A stretch of DNA of 64,000 nucleotides from Macrostomum hystrix (Eukaryota; Animalia; Platyhelminthes). This document shows positions 49,014-61,948 of the stretch, piece after piece. A model generated the notes under the pieces. That model was not told the DNA's origin, did not search any database, and saw only the letters and a program-made list of their open reading frames with translations. The position numbers and the translations under genes are program-made. The stretch spans positions 11,656,001 through 11,720,000 of the forward strand of contig CATNEN010000007.1 of the NCBI GenBank assembly GCA_950097015.1, read 5' to 3'. How positions within the stretch are numbered: the first letter of the stretch is position 1; every line of letters begins with the position of its first letter.

Positions 49014-50269
49014 GTGTACTGTATAATAAGTATTAAAGGTACCAGGTAGCAGAGAGTAGGGACAGTTGCAATCTGATCTACAGCCAGTCAAAATTAGCAC
49101 CTAAGCAGTGTTTATGCCAGCTCGAATGCTAAGCAAGCCATAGTCCGTGAGTGCTTATCGGGGGAGGCTTGTGTTGCTGCGCAGGTAGGCTGAAGCGCTG
49201 AGGGCTGACACCCTCAAGCCACTGACTCAGTGCCATCGTATCTGACTGCAGCACAACCCAGCGCAGCGGTCCCTATAGAGCTCCTCATTCGCATGCGGGT
49301 TGAACAACGAACTGTAGTCATGCCTCAGCCAACTGTGAGCTACCTGCCCAGTACTAAAGCGGGCCATAAAAAGGTTGCGACATTGTGACCCACCCGCTTC
49401 CCCGTACCCGAGCTGCTTTGTTCCCAGAAGAATGCAAAAGTTCTCGGACTCACACAACCATTCCTGCCCCACCTTTCATTTATAACAGACGAGCCAATGA
49501 AGCAAGTTGCGGCTGCGGCGGCGGCGGCTGCGGCAGTTCAATCGAGCTTAGCTGAAAAAGTGAGCAGCGGGGTGTGAATGAAGACTGTTTCTACATTCCT
49601 TGCGTGCTTATTTGTCCACGGGCCTTTGCGTCTGTGCTCGGCCCCCCTTCCCGTGTTTACAATCACCGCGCGTTCGTTTTCTTCTCTGGCGCCACGCCTC
49701 AGCCTGTTCTCTCCCCGTGCGACTCCGCTGTGAGTTCTCTCGCCCGGCGGGGCCATTCGAGTCCCCTGAGCTCGCACAGATATGGCGTGCAGTCCGCCAA
49801 CTCATTAGAGCGAATGCCAGTTCTTATCTGTGCGCCCTTCCCCGCCTCATTCTCCGCCACCCACCTCAACTGCCTCTGCTAACAAAAAGGCACAAGAGCT
49901 GTGATGCTCCGTTCTGCCAACAGACCGGAGGGCGGTGGCTCGGCTAACTTGTCTCTCTTGTTCCGCACTCACTCCCATCCAAGCCTGTCATTGCTTGTGC
50001 CGAGGTCAGGCTCACACCACAGCCGAGGTCATCAGAGATCAGTTTGTGCCTGAGGTTTTCTGGGCCTTTGTTTTGCTGTTGTTTTTGCTCGGGCTTTGAT
50101 AGAGAGGCAGCTTGGCCGACCGACTTGTCGTGAGCAGGAAATGCAGGCAGAAACTGCGGTGAGAACCTCGGGCGCGCGGCGCTGGGCGCTTCTTCGCAGG
50201 TTCCAAAACCTATTTTGATCTTCATTTCAACCTCGTCTTTCGCCGTTTAAATTGCAGACTCCGACGCCA

Positions 50270-50861
50270 ATGCCGCGGGCTGCCCTGAGGCGGCTGGAGC
50301 CGGAAGCGGCGGACATCGAGTACTCGACCAGCGATGAGGATGATGAGTCCAGCAGCTCCACGGCGACCTCCTCCAGTGCCACCAGGGACGGCGACGACGA
50401 ATCGACTGACACGGAGCCTTCCTATGGCGAGGACGGGGTGCGTGACGAAGGAGTAGAAGCGGAAGTCACCGAGGCCGCTGACATTGCTGACAGCATCCAG
50501 CAGCCAATGGATGATGACGTTGAACAAGCGCGAAAGCGAAAAGCTCAGGAAGAGCCACCTGTGGTGAAGGTGCCGCGGCTCGATGACGAGCCATCCGTTT
50601 CTTCTGAGCAGTCGGCTGAGCAGAGCGAGTCGGAGTCAGCCTCCAGCGAGTCGTCATCTGAGCAGTCGGCAGCATCGGAAACGTCGGAGCGGTCTGGCCC
50701 GGTGGCTCCGCAGGCGAACAACAGCAGTTGCGCAGAGCTGCTGGGAGAAGTGACAGCGGTGGAGGCGGCGCCAGCAGTCGAGAAGCCCTTGACGCTGGAG
50801 CGGGTCAGCGCCAGTTCGTACCAGTATTTGCCAGCCGTTGCGCTAGATCCTTGGCGTGGGG
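50270..50861 (+). CDS. Alternative N-terminal exon B of the AJM1-like gene
   Basis: Acceptor TTGCAG|ACT at 50257/50258, ATG at 50270, donor G|GTAAGT at 50861/50862 (phase 1), in frame with 51101. Confidence 0.7.
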
Positions 50862-51100
50862 GTAAGTACTCTAGCATTTCGTGCTTGCATCCCAGCCTAA
50901 TCTCAAAGCCCTTCGACTAGCCAAATTCCGCTCTGCATGTGCGCAGAACCGAGGGGCCCCCTGCTGCGTGTGCGGTCTCTGCACGGAAGCTCGTTCATTT
51001 TTATAAAGTTCCCGCATAATTTCGTAGAGCGTCTGCAAATTCGCTCCCTGAGAGTTCGTTTTCTCTAGCGCCGAACTTTTATCCACGCCGCGAATTGCAG

Positions 51101-54100
51101 GTGGCGGAGCCGTCCAGGCTGTCGCATCCTCGCGGGCTCGCATCACCACGGCGAAGGGAGAACGGCTAGATCTCATCGGCATGGAAACGGCTGATGACGT
51201 AGCCGACGACTCCGAAGTCTCCGGCGGCTCAGAGGCCTTCGTCACAACGGAGGCCAGCGGCGCCAATCCCAGTGCGGCGATCGCGCGGGCTACCGCCCGA
51301 GCTGCCAGTATCGCAGGCGCGGCGCTGGCCCGCGGCCGGGCCCGCCAGGGCGCCGAGGAGTACCGCATCTTCATCTCGACCTCTTGCACTGTGCGGCCCA
51401 GCCCGGTGCTGGAGCCTAGCCGCTTGCAGATCACCGTCAGCAGCGACAGCGAACTTCAGCAGCGACAGCAGCCCGCCGATTCCAGTTTGGTAATTGGAGA
51501 GGCCGAGAAGAAGCGGGTCGTGAGTTCGCCTCGCCGTTTGGATAGTCGGGACAGCTCGGAGAACGTCTTCTCCCTGCTGCGCCTGGGCCGGCAGGACACC
51601 ACACAGGAGACGATCACACAGGAGCTGCCGTCTCCAGCCAAAGGCGACAAGACCGACTACGCAGACTTCGAGGCCGTCACGCGATCCGTCATCCAGAGCC
51701 GCTACAACACTGAACGGCGCGAGGACATTGCTGACGACTACTGCCGCCGGGCATCTAAGGCCGTGCAGGCCGAGGTGCAGCTCATGGAGCAGCTGAAAGC
51801 CGACGAGTCAGCTCAGCCGACCGACCTGCTGGGCCGCATCCGCTCCGACCAGGAGCGATTTCACGACCTTAAGCGTCAGCTCGACGCTCTAAAGGCTCGC
51901 CAGCTTGCCAGGCAGCGCTTGCTGGAGACGCCGCGGGAATTGACGACGATTCCGCCTCGATCACCGACGGTTCCCTCGCCTAAGACGCCTGAAGAGCAGC
52001 GGCCGCCGACCATAAGTCCACAGAGCGGGGACTCCACCATGCTGGGCGGCAACATGGCGGAGAGCGCGTACATATCAGACAGCAGCGATCCCAGCTCGCC
52101 AACATCGGCAGAGAAAGCGAACCCGCATGAGCCGCAGCGGCTGCCCTATCGGTCTGTGCTACAGGAGGCCGCTTTGCTTCCAGGGGGTGCCCGGCCGACG
52201 CCCCGTCACCACCAGTCGTCGCTCCAGCTGGATCAGGAGCGGTTGCAGCGGGCTCGGAACGAATACTTCCGACGACCCATGTTCGATCCTGCGTCCAAAG
52301 CCGGCCAGTCCGGCTCCATGCGTTCGGGCGGCAGCAACAGCCCCAGCGACTACCGAGCTCGAAGTGCCTCCAGCACGCTCAGCAAGACCTCATCCCAAAG
52401 CATGTACCAGCTGAGGGAGCTGATGGATGACCAGAGCGCCCTGCAGGCCTACTCGCAGCTCACCGGCTCCGGCCGGCGGCGTTATATGTCCACGGACATC
52501 GACGACTTGCCGGACGACGGCAAAGCTGGCGGCACCCCCGAGGGCGGCTCGACGTACGACCTGAATGCGTTTGATACGGAGCCCGGAAACTACAAGTCTG
52601 TGTCCCTGTTTGACCTGCGGCGCAGCATGCTGGCCAACGATGCGAGAGTGGCAAATGTCACGGCCAATGACTCGAAATCGTACGTTTCGCTGATTGAGAC
52701 GGACGTCGACACTGGCGAGGAGCTGAGCCACGAAATCGTGATGGAAACAGATGTGGACATCGACTCGCCGTTAAGCCCGGCGCCAAAGTCGCAGAGTTTG
52801 ATGGACCTCGCCGGCATGCCGCGGCCAAATCCTGGCGGCATCTTCGACGGCCTGGGCGCCCGGGATGCCGAACTTGACAGGCGGCTTAATCGTGCCAACA
52901 GTGAGGACATGCTGGACTCGGGCGCGGCGCCCACCACCGCCAGACGAGTCAAGGCCAGCCGCAACAACTCGAAGCGCCTGCAGCAGCAGCAGCAGCAGCA
53001 GCAGGAGAAGACATTCATTCAGCGCCTGGAAGAGCGGGCAACTTCGGAGAGCGAGAAGGCCATCTGCAAGTCTCTGTCTCGGCTGGACATTCCAAAGTGG
53101 ATGGACAACCTGAAGCTGAACCAGAACTCGGCTTCGGCTGTCACAGTGATGGCGTCCGCTGTAGATGCGCCTAAGCCCTGGTCTGCTAAGTACCGTGATG
53201 GACCCGGGTCGACCGCAGGAATCGATCACACCGACCAGAGCCTGCAGCCACTCATCATCCCAAAGTTTGTTAGCCTCCCTGTGCGGCCTGCCCTGTTCAG
53301 CCCAGGCTACAGCTCGCTCAGCGTCCGGCGAGACGAGGCCACCGAGAGTGACTTTGAGAGAACGCAGGTCGCGACAGAGCGGTCTCAGCCTCCGCCGCAG
53401 ACAGCGCCGGAGGAGCCCAGAAAAAAGTACTTTACGGAGAGCAGCATCCGGCGAGATAGTCTGTCGGTCGCTGCGGTCGCTGCGAGTGTTCGCCAGCAGC
53501 AGGCCGCACCGCCAGCACAAGCCAGGCCGCCGATTTCACCGAGCCTGGTTCTGGCGCCGTTGAAGTTGGACCCGAGCGATTTTTTGCCGAAGACAGAAAA
53601 GTCCGCAGCCGTGGCTGACGAGCCTCGGTTAGAGCCATCCGTGGCGCCGAGAACGGCTGTCGTTTCAGAGTCGTCTGCGCTTCCACCAGCACCGTCACCG
53701 CCAAGGCTGTCGACGCTGCCGCCAGAGTTACTTGATGGCTCTTCAGACGAGTCACAGAACGTCGGTGACGATCAGCCGGTCAGCGAAGCCAGCAACATCA
53801 TGTTCATCGACCGCAGCTTCCGGGAGAGCTCTGAGCAGCAGCTGCAGCAGCATTTCGGCGACACCAGCACGACCGTCTCCACTGACTTCCCCTCTGACTC
53901 CCAGTCAGACAGCGGATCCGCCTCGGCAGACAGGCAGCAGTACGAAGACGATGAGGAAACTGAATCGTCCGGCTCGTCCGAGGACTCGTCGGATGACTCG
54001 TCCACTACAGGGAGCTCGTCCTCCAAGTCATTCTCTTCCGGTTCACCGGAGACATCCGAGGCTGAGGATTCCGGTGATGAGGAGGAAGAAGTGCCGCAAA

Positions 54101-55638
54101 AGCCGCAGCCGCAGTCAGAGCCGCTGACGCAGACGCAGTACCAGCTGACGAACGGATCAGCTAAAAAAGGCAGCAGCGAGTTCAAAGGACCAGAGAGCGA
54201 GCAGTCAAGCAAATTGTTGAGCAGCAGCTCGCAGCTCCAGAAGAAGCAGCACAGCCGCACAGCCAGCAGCAGCAGCTCTGAGGGCAGCTCTGGTAGCAGC
54301 GGCAGCGGAAGCAGCGAAGATGAGAGCGCCGAGTCAGAGGAGGAGACGGTGATTGAGACTTCGATGATGCAGTCGCGTCTTGGGCGGCAGCCGGAGCTCG
54401 ACGAGCGGCTTCTGGCCAGCCAAGCAGCGGGCGCAGCCATAGTCACCTTTGCGGACGGGCTGGGCCGGCAGTCGCAGACGGCAGCTGCGCTGGCCTACGC
54501 AGAACAGCAGCTTGCGACTGCTCGGAGCAGCAGGCTATCGGCGCCCCTAGCGGCGGCCGCCGCAGCGCTGCCCATACCGCGGTTTTCGCAGAACGGGCGC
54601 AACTCTCCGTCGGTCAGTCTCGCTACCGAGATTCCGCTAGCGGCTGGGCAGAACCGCGGCATCATCCGAGACGCCGGCCGCTACCTGGTAGAGTGCGTGA
54701 ATCCCCGGTGCGCCAGGCGAGCTGAGCTGCCCGAGGCTCAGCGGAGCTTTGTGGCCTGCAGCAGCTGCTACACCTACTACTGCAGCGTGGTGTGCCGCCG
54801 GAGCCACTGGGAGGCGCACAAGCGGAACTGCGCATTCGCTCGCGCTGCCGATGCGTGCCGGAACGCTGCAAAACGCCTTCTGAATGACCACACAACCTAC
54901 CGGGCCTTGTCGACGCTGGCCCGAGCTGGCAACCGCAACCTTGGTCGTGGCTGCGTCCTGCTACTGCTGGCTGACGTCGGCGACAGCTCAGCGCCGCTCC
55001 GCCCACCCGTCTTCGCGCCTGTCGGCGACCTTGGTGCCTGCGGTTTAGTAGGCGAGCAGCTCAGCGAGGTAGCCGCAGCGTGTCGCAGCTTCGATCCTTC
55101 AAACGCCTTTGTGCTCTGTGCGGGAGTCAGCGTCGGCACTGAGAGCAGTGCAGCGGGCTCAGGATCTGGAGCCCTGGTGACCGCTTGGTCTGTCCTGCGC
55201 CTCGCTCCCGAAGATCCAGCGACAAAGGAAGCGGTTGCGTCCGTTTCAGCCGCTGCAGCAGCGGCAGAGGCAGCAGCCGAGGCGGCAGCTGCGGAGGCGG
55301 AGCGTCGCCGGGAGGAGCAGATGCGGCAGTCACGCGCTGACCTGCTTGACCGAGTGCGGCGCGAGCTGCGGCAGCGGGGCGTGAGCCTGCGGCACCACTA
55401 CCCGCGCCTAATGTCCGCGCTGCAGGAGTTCGTGGACACGGGCGCGGAATTCCCGCCGCAGGTTATCCGGCCTGTGGACACGACCTGCGGCAAGACCTTC
55501 GAGTACTGCGTGCAGCCCGGCGCGGATCCCGTCACCCGCTGGGTGGAGCCGCAGCAGCCACCACAGCCAGCTCCGCGCAGGCAGCAACTGCAGCCGCCGG
55601 CGCCGATTCGACGCAGCGTTGTATCAACAGACTTGTAG
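51101..55638 (+). CDS. AJM1: Apical junction molecule AJM1 (C9orf172)-like protein, common terminal exon
   Basis: Acceptor TTGCAG|GT. The C-terminal CVNPRC...ACSSCYTYYCSVVCRRSHWEAHKRNC (MYND-like), followed by ALSTLARAG...GRGCVLL and LRQRGVSLRHHYPRL...EFVD...P.D...GKTF, matches the AJM-1 conserved domain. A long disordered region precedes it. Confidence 0.88.
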
Positions 55639-56771
55639 ATTTTCCTGATGGCTAAATATTGATACGACCCGTGCAGTGATGAGTGCTTGATTACCTGTTG
55701 CCAATGTTTACTATTTTTAAATCTGAAAATCACCTTTAAAACTATCATTAAACCAAGGAATTTGTCAGCTATCAACCTGCATCGGTCATAATCGTGACCT
55801 TTGTTGCCTAGCAACTGTTGCTAAGCTGGCCGCTAAGTCGAGTGCTCAAGTATCGCATAGCCTAAAATCCCCTCAGTCAGGTATTGCTTTTGAGTCCCGT
55901 GTGCTGTTTTTTGCTTTTATTTGCCTTTTAGCCCTCCCACTCTGGTACTGTGCATTGATTGCTTGGCTTGTTCACTCCATTGTGCTCAATCCTAGCGCGT
56001 AGAATGATTGCCCCGCAATGGCCCAGCTGCTGTCACAGCCACCAATCAGATCAAAGCGGACCCGGCGGCTCCCCAGTGCGCAATCGAGTCCTGAGTACAG
56101 CTCTTGTGACATTTGAGAAGCTTTTCTTTCATTGCTTTGAATGTTTCAACTTTCGAAATGATTTCGTTCGAGCTCGCGGCTCCAGTGAGCAGTGAGCACT
56201 GCTCAGCCCAAGCTTCATCTCTTCCCCACCGCCAGTGCGCCAGGCCTTGGCCCGATTCGATTTCGATTTCTGTATCTGGGCCGCACTGATTGATTTTCGA
56301 TGATTTCCGATTCGTTGCACTTTTCATTTCTGAGACATGGAAGAGACTTAAATCCCCCCTGAATTTGTGCCACCGTGTCAAGCTGTGTGATTCCCAGCTA
56401 TCTAAACATTCCCTACGCAACTGGAGAAATGCGCTTAGATTTTCAAACTGTACAACTGTACTGCCTGCTTCTCACCATGCGAGTTCACCTGTCTAAAAAT
56501 GCTAGCTGATTACCTGTAGCGCTACTAATTACTTATCTATTACAGCCTATGCCTTCTGACTGCGGATCACCTTTGACACTACAGTAATGGCTGCATTCCA
56601 ATAGTGTAACCAACCAATATATATATCATTTTGTACATCGGCCTACCGTACACTGTACTCACTTTGCGTGGGACTATTGTGCCCCAGGTGGCAAACTAAA
56701 ATAATAGAATTTGCCTTTACTTGATCCTTTCCTGAACTAACGTCAGCTGAGTATCAGCTGCGGCGGCTTAG

Positions 56772-57149
56772 CTGCATCCCACAGGATTCACCCCACAGAC
56801 TGCACCCCACAGACTGCACCCCACAGACTGCACCCCACAGGCTGCACCCCACAGGCTGCACCCCACAGACTGCACCCCACAGGCTGCACCCCACAGACTG
56901 CACCCCACAGACTGCACCCCACAGGCTGCACCCCACAGACTGCACCCCACAGGCTGCACCCCACAGGCTGCACCCCACAGGCTGCACCCCACAGGCTGCA
57001 CCCCACAGGCTGCACCCCACAGACTGCACCCCACAGGCTGCACCCCACAGACTGCACCCCACAGGCTGCACCCCACAGACTGCACCCCACAGGCTGCACT
57101 CCACAGGCTGCACCCCACAGACTGCACCCCACAGGCTGCACCCCACAGA
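56772..57149. repeat. 14-bp minisatellite (~27 copies)
   Basis: Unit CTGCACCCCACAG(A/G). Confidence 0.95.
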
Positions 57150-57532
57150 GTCCAAGAATGACGCAGCAGATAGTCATGGAAGGAACTTCTGCTGTCGAGG
57201 ACTATTTTTAGTCTCTGAGCTGCTCAGAGCAGGGAGCCAATTTTGACAGTGCTCCTTGCAGTTAATAGCTCAATCAGATTAATTAATGCTAATCTCTGAC
57301 AACTGACGCGCTTGAACAGATAAGGAAACTGCAGCTAAGAATTCCGAAATATAAATTTGGGTTGAAATGCGCAGCTCAATGACTAGTAAGTAGTATGCAG
57401 TGCACATGCAATTTGAGAGCTATTAAGTATCAACTTTAAATCAAGTAGTAAAAGAACCGGCGATAAAAAAATCGACGGTCTAATAGAAGAATCAGTGAAC
57501 AAATCAAGACATTTTCTGTACTTTCTAAGCAC

Positions 57533-58240
57533 TGGAGACTGCCCGAAGGAGCCGGTGTTGGAGGCTGCCCGAAGGAGCCGGTGTTGGAGGCTGCCCGAAG
57601 GAGGCGGTGTTGGAGACTGCCCGAAGGAGCCGGTGTTGGAGACTGCCCGAAGGAGCCGGTGTTGGAGGCTGCCCGAAGGAGGCGGTGTTGGAGACTGCCC
57701 GAAGGAGCCGGTGTTGGAGGCTGCCCGAAGGAGCCGGTGTTGGAGGCTGCCCGAAGGAGGCGGTGTTGGAGACTGCCCGAAGGAGCCGGTGTTGGAGACT
57801 GCCCGAAGGAGCCGGTGTTGGAGGCTGCCCGAAGGAGGCGGTGTTGGAGACTGCCCGAAGGAGCCGGTGTTGGAGACTGCCCGAAGGAGCCGGTGTTGGA
57901 GGCTGCCCGAAGGAGCCGGTGTTGGAGGCTGCCCGAAGGAGGCGGTGTTGGAGACTGCCCGAAGGAGGCGGTGTTGGAGACTGCCCGAAGGAGGCGGTGT
58001 TGGAGGCTGCCCGAAGGTGCCGGTGTTGGAGGCTGCCCGAAGGAGGCGGTGTTGGAGACTGCCCGAAGGAGGCGGTGTTGGAGACTGCCCGAAGGAGCCG
58101 GTGTTGGAGGCTGCCCGAAGGAGGCGGTGTTGGAGACTGCCCGAAGGAGCCGGTGTTGGAGGCTGCCCGAAGGAGGCGGTGTTGGAGACTGCCCGAAGGT
58201 GCCGGTGTTGGAGACTGCCCGAAGGAGTCGGTGTTGGAGA
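57533..58240. repeat. 26-bp minisatellite (~27 copies)
   Basis: Unit TGGAG(A/G)CTGCCCGAAGGAG(C/G)CGGTGT. Confidence 0.95.
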
Positions 58241-59019
58241 CGGCACGAATGAGCCGCAGGTCTGCAAGCCCTGGCCCGAGTCTAATTGGCGCCACAGCTC
58301 CCAATGTTCCTGGAAACTGAGTTAAATTGCAGCCAAATAAGGCTTCAGCCCCGCCCACCCCAGCAGCCATGTTTCTAGCAAAGTCAATTTCCTGCGCCCT
58401 TGAATTTCAATCTGCGGCGGCAGCCAGCCCCGTGCGATAATCCCACGGGGTTAATTTTATTTAAATTGATGACAAAACATATTTTCACGAGCACAGCTGA
58501 AATTCGGCGGGCCAGACTGATTGGGCCCGATAGGCCTGAGCTGGGCTGCTCAAAATAGACAAAGCAGACAATTCTGCAACTGCGGGTTGTTGAGTAGCGT
58601 ATTTTGAGCAGGGCCGGGACTGCAGCTCGGGAATCGAATATTTATAGCCGCACAAAGCAGGGCTTTCCTACTGCAGCGGAACTAAAAAACTCAAACCCCA
58701 ACTGCTCCACTAATGTTATATTGTACGTCACGTGAGCTCAAACTTTAAATTTGAAATGACCAAGTTTTGCAAACATTCCCGAAATTATTTTTCAATCGCT
58801 CGGCTTTGGCTTCTGGGACTTTAAACTGCACAACAGGTGAAACACTGCAGGTGAAACAGCCGTTCGAGAGGGTGGATTCGGAAGCCTCCCGGATTATCCG
58901 CTGTGCGCCGGCCGGCAGTGATTTAGCGATTGAGAATTCTATACCTGGCGCAGTGATTTAATTTTTTTCTATTTTTAATCAGGCTTAAGCCAGGAATCAA
59001 TTGCAATGGTTGGGATTGG

Positions 59020-59195
59020 GAATTGTCAGGTGGAAATTGTGATAGTTGGGAATTGTGAAAGTTGAGAATCGTGATAGGTGAGCGTTATGGCAGGTGAAAA
59101 TTGACAGGTGAGAATTGACAGGTGAGAATTGACAGGTGAGAATTGTGACAACTAAGAATCGTGACAGATGATAATTATGATAGGTGAGAATCGTA
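59020..59195. repeat. Degenerate 13-15-bp repeat array
   Basis: GACAGGTGAGAATT / GTGATAGGTGAGAATC variants in tandem. Confidence 0.7.
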
Positions 59196-59201
59196 ATATG
59201 T

Positions 59202-61294
59202 GAAGACCGGCTATGCGGGCATCAATGTCTGTGACCGAGGGCGCGCAGCGCCCGATGTCATAGACATTGATGCCCAAATAGCCAGTCTTCTTTGGCATTG
59301 TAATATGTCCGAAAGCGTGCTTCTAAAAATAATCACGTTAGCGGTCACCAATCAGAACGAACGAATCAAATAAATGCAGCTAGCTTGTTTTAGTCTACGC
59401 CTTTCAGCGGTCACCAATTCGAATTTAGATTGATGACCGCTAAGGCTGTCTATGGGCGAAGTTTTCTTGTCCAGATTAGTTGGAAGAAAGTGACAGAAAA
59501 CTGGCACACTGAGAATAGATTAAGCTGTGATAATCGTATAAAACCTTTGGCAGAGGCATGTCTTGTCCATACCCATTAGGGTTGATTCACATGTCGCAAG
59601 GTGATGTGACTGGTTCTACCTTATACGAAATAAAGGATCGCATGGATCGTGAAAAGGATATGGACGCCATGATACTCGATGTGGACGATATGGATCAGGC
59701 GGCTCTTGCGGCCATTGACGAACTTTTTCAAGAAGATGATCCGACTATTGAGGCAATGACTGAACAGCTGAACCAACTTGAAATGGAGAATTTGCCGAAA
59801 TCAGCTATGAATCAGGAGGACTGGGCTGTCCGTAAGTTTGGTGAAGTCTTGCAAGCGAAGGGTGTAGCCTGTGTTTTGGCTACTGCCGAAGTAGAACAGT
59901 TGGCTGTGGCCTTACGCATTTTCTATGCGTTCATTCGGAAGCTGGACGGCTCGTTGTATGCACCTGCTACGCTCATCACGGCCAGAGCCGGCCTTTTTCG
60001 CTACCTTCTGCGCAATCGTGGGATCATCATAATCGCTGATGAGCAATTCGCAAATGCAAACAGGATGCTCCGAGTCACTGCCAGCCTTTTGTGAAGAACG
60101 GAGGCGCCGTACGTCAGTTTGTGTCGATTGAAACGTGCGATCTAGAGAAACTACGCTATTACTTCGATCGTACCACTCCCACAAAACTACAGCACGAAGT
60201 CTACTATCTCATCGCGCTTCACTTCGGACTACGAGGACGCGAATAGCTTCGTAAGCTTTCCATGGAATCCTTTGAGAGAATTTCAATCAACGGTCGCCGA
60301 GCTTTTAAGCTAGTTCCTATGAAAACCAAAAATGTTCGGGGCAGCCTGGAGACGAAGACTAGCGAAGACAGGAAGCAGTCGGTGCTTGCTGAGACTGGAA
60401 ATGCTAGTTGCCCCTATGCTGCGCTGGATACCTACATGACGAAAATCGGTGAGGCCAAGTCCAAGGAGAATGTCAACAGCGCGCATTTCTTTCTACGCCC
60501 ACGCACACGTGGATTAGACGCTTCTTGGTACTTTGCAAAGCAGGTTGTTGGCACAACACGCTCGGAAATATGATGTCCGATATTTCTGCTGCTGCTGCGC
60601 TTACCAAGAGCTACACAGGACGCTGCATCCGGGCTACTCGACGCAAATGGTGTACCCCTCAAGGACATTGGATCAATTACTGGCCATAAGTCCGTGACTG
60701 CCACTGAGCGCTACATTCGGCACGGTCGGAAGCGCGATGCTGAAATGGCAAATTTGTCAAGCGTCATCAGTTCCATCGGATGCAATGACAATACCAAGGC
60801 AGTCGCATCAATCGCCTTGCCTGCCGCAAGACCCTCTGTTGGGGCTGGTGCAATGACGACTCCTGACCAGCCTGGGCCGTCGAATCCTGACCTGGACCGT
60901 ACGATTCAAGCCAGAATGCATGCGATGAGTTCCGCCATCAATGGGACATTTTACAACTGTGCATTCCACCTGCACTTTTCCACTGGACCCTGAGTACTGG
61001 AACTGTTACGAAACTGTTTTCTGACATCTGTGACGTCAAGGAACATTCCTTAAAACTGACAGTTGCGCAACATTTAGAAAGCATTGATAAAATTGCTTGC
61101 AATACCAAACCTGTTCACATTCTTTTGCTTCCCCATGTTTTGCTTATATGGTCCTTAACGTTATTGTTCTAATTATTGCTATCTCTTATTAAAGTTATCC
61201 TATTAAATACAATGCAATAAAATCTATGGTTACCCCGTTTATTTGGGCCACAGAAATTAGAGGCTGTCCCAAAATTTATCTGTTGGTGACCGCT
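59202..61294 (+). mobile_element. Decayed Crypton-type (DUF3504-like tyrosine recombinase) DNA transposon with 5' hairpin
   Basis: 89-nt hairpin at 59202-59290, repeated AGCGGTCACCAA motifs with an inverted copy at 61283-61294, and a YR pseudogene between them. Exact ends are uncertain. Confidence 0.75.
59558..60993 (+). pseudogene. Crypton tyrosine recombinase pseudogene
   Basis: RKLDGSLYAPATL..ARAGLFRYL, KLQHEVYY...HFGLRGRE*LR, KTKN, CPYAALDTY, FFLRP, WY, YTGRCIRAT, ITGHKS...ERY. In-frame TAG at 60244 and frameshifts near 60090, 60560 and 60640. Confidence 0.85.
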
Positions 61295-61559
61295 CGGGCA
61301 GAATACAATTGTGGCCTAATGTCACAGAAACTTCACATGGCAAAATTCTAATGGAAATTGTGGTTGTGGCAAAAGAGGTGTGCAGAATTTTCCGCCAGCC
61401 AATCATGAAATGCATGGCCTCCCAGCCTCCAGCCAAACATGCCGGCCCTACGCGGGCTGCTGCTCAGTGGGGAATAAAAGCCAAGCGGTCGATCTGCTCC
61501 ACAGCGCCTGATAAAAAAGCTGCAAGTGAAAGGTACTACAGATTCAGAGTGCTAAGAAA

Positions 61560-61948
61560 ATGAAATCCTCAGCCGCCGCTCTGCTGCTTCTGCTCTGCTG
61601 CGCCGTGGGACGCCAAGCTCAGGTGACGGCTCAGGGTGTCAGGGCTGAGGTTACTGTAAGACGCTAACTGTCTATCCCGATCCCCTGCAGGCGTCCCCGT
61701 TGCCGCTACCGCCGCCGTCAGATGACGACGAGTGCGCCCGCACCGGCCGCGGCTGCCTCGGTGGTGTCGCCGATATCGGCGTGATGCGCGCCGAGGTGCG
61801 CCTGATGCGGCTGCTGTTCCGCGAGATGGCTGCCTCGGTGCCCGCCGCCTGCAACTGCTCCGACGAGTCGACCAGGTGTGTGCGCAGGTGCTACTATGCC
61901 ATGCTGCGCTCCGTGAACCTGGACCGCGGCCTGCAGCTGCTCAGCTGA
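61560..61948 (+). CDS. Small secreted cysteine-rich protein, 2 exons, 106 aa, unknown family
   Basis: Exon 1 61560-61622 (MKSSAAALLLLLCCAVGRQAQ, signal-peptide-like). 68-bp phase-0 intron GTGACG...CTAAC...CTGCAG. Exon 2 61691-61948 with 6 Cys. AATAAA near 62022. Confidence 0.75.

Noticed and set aside
48536-49049. (THSL)n ORFs
   Set aside because: They are translations of the (CACT)n microsatellite.
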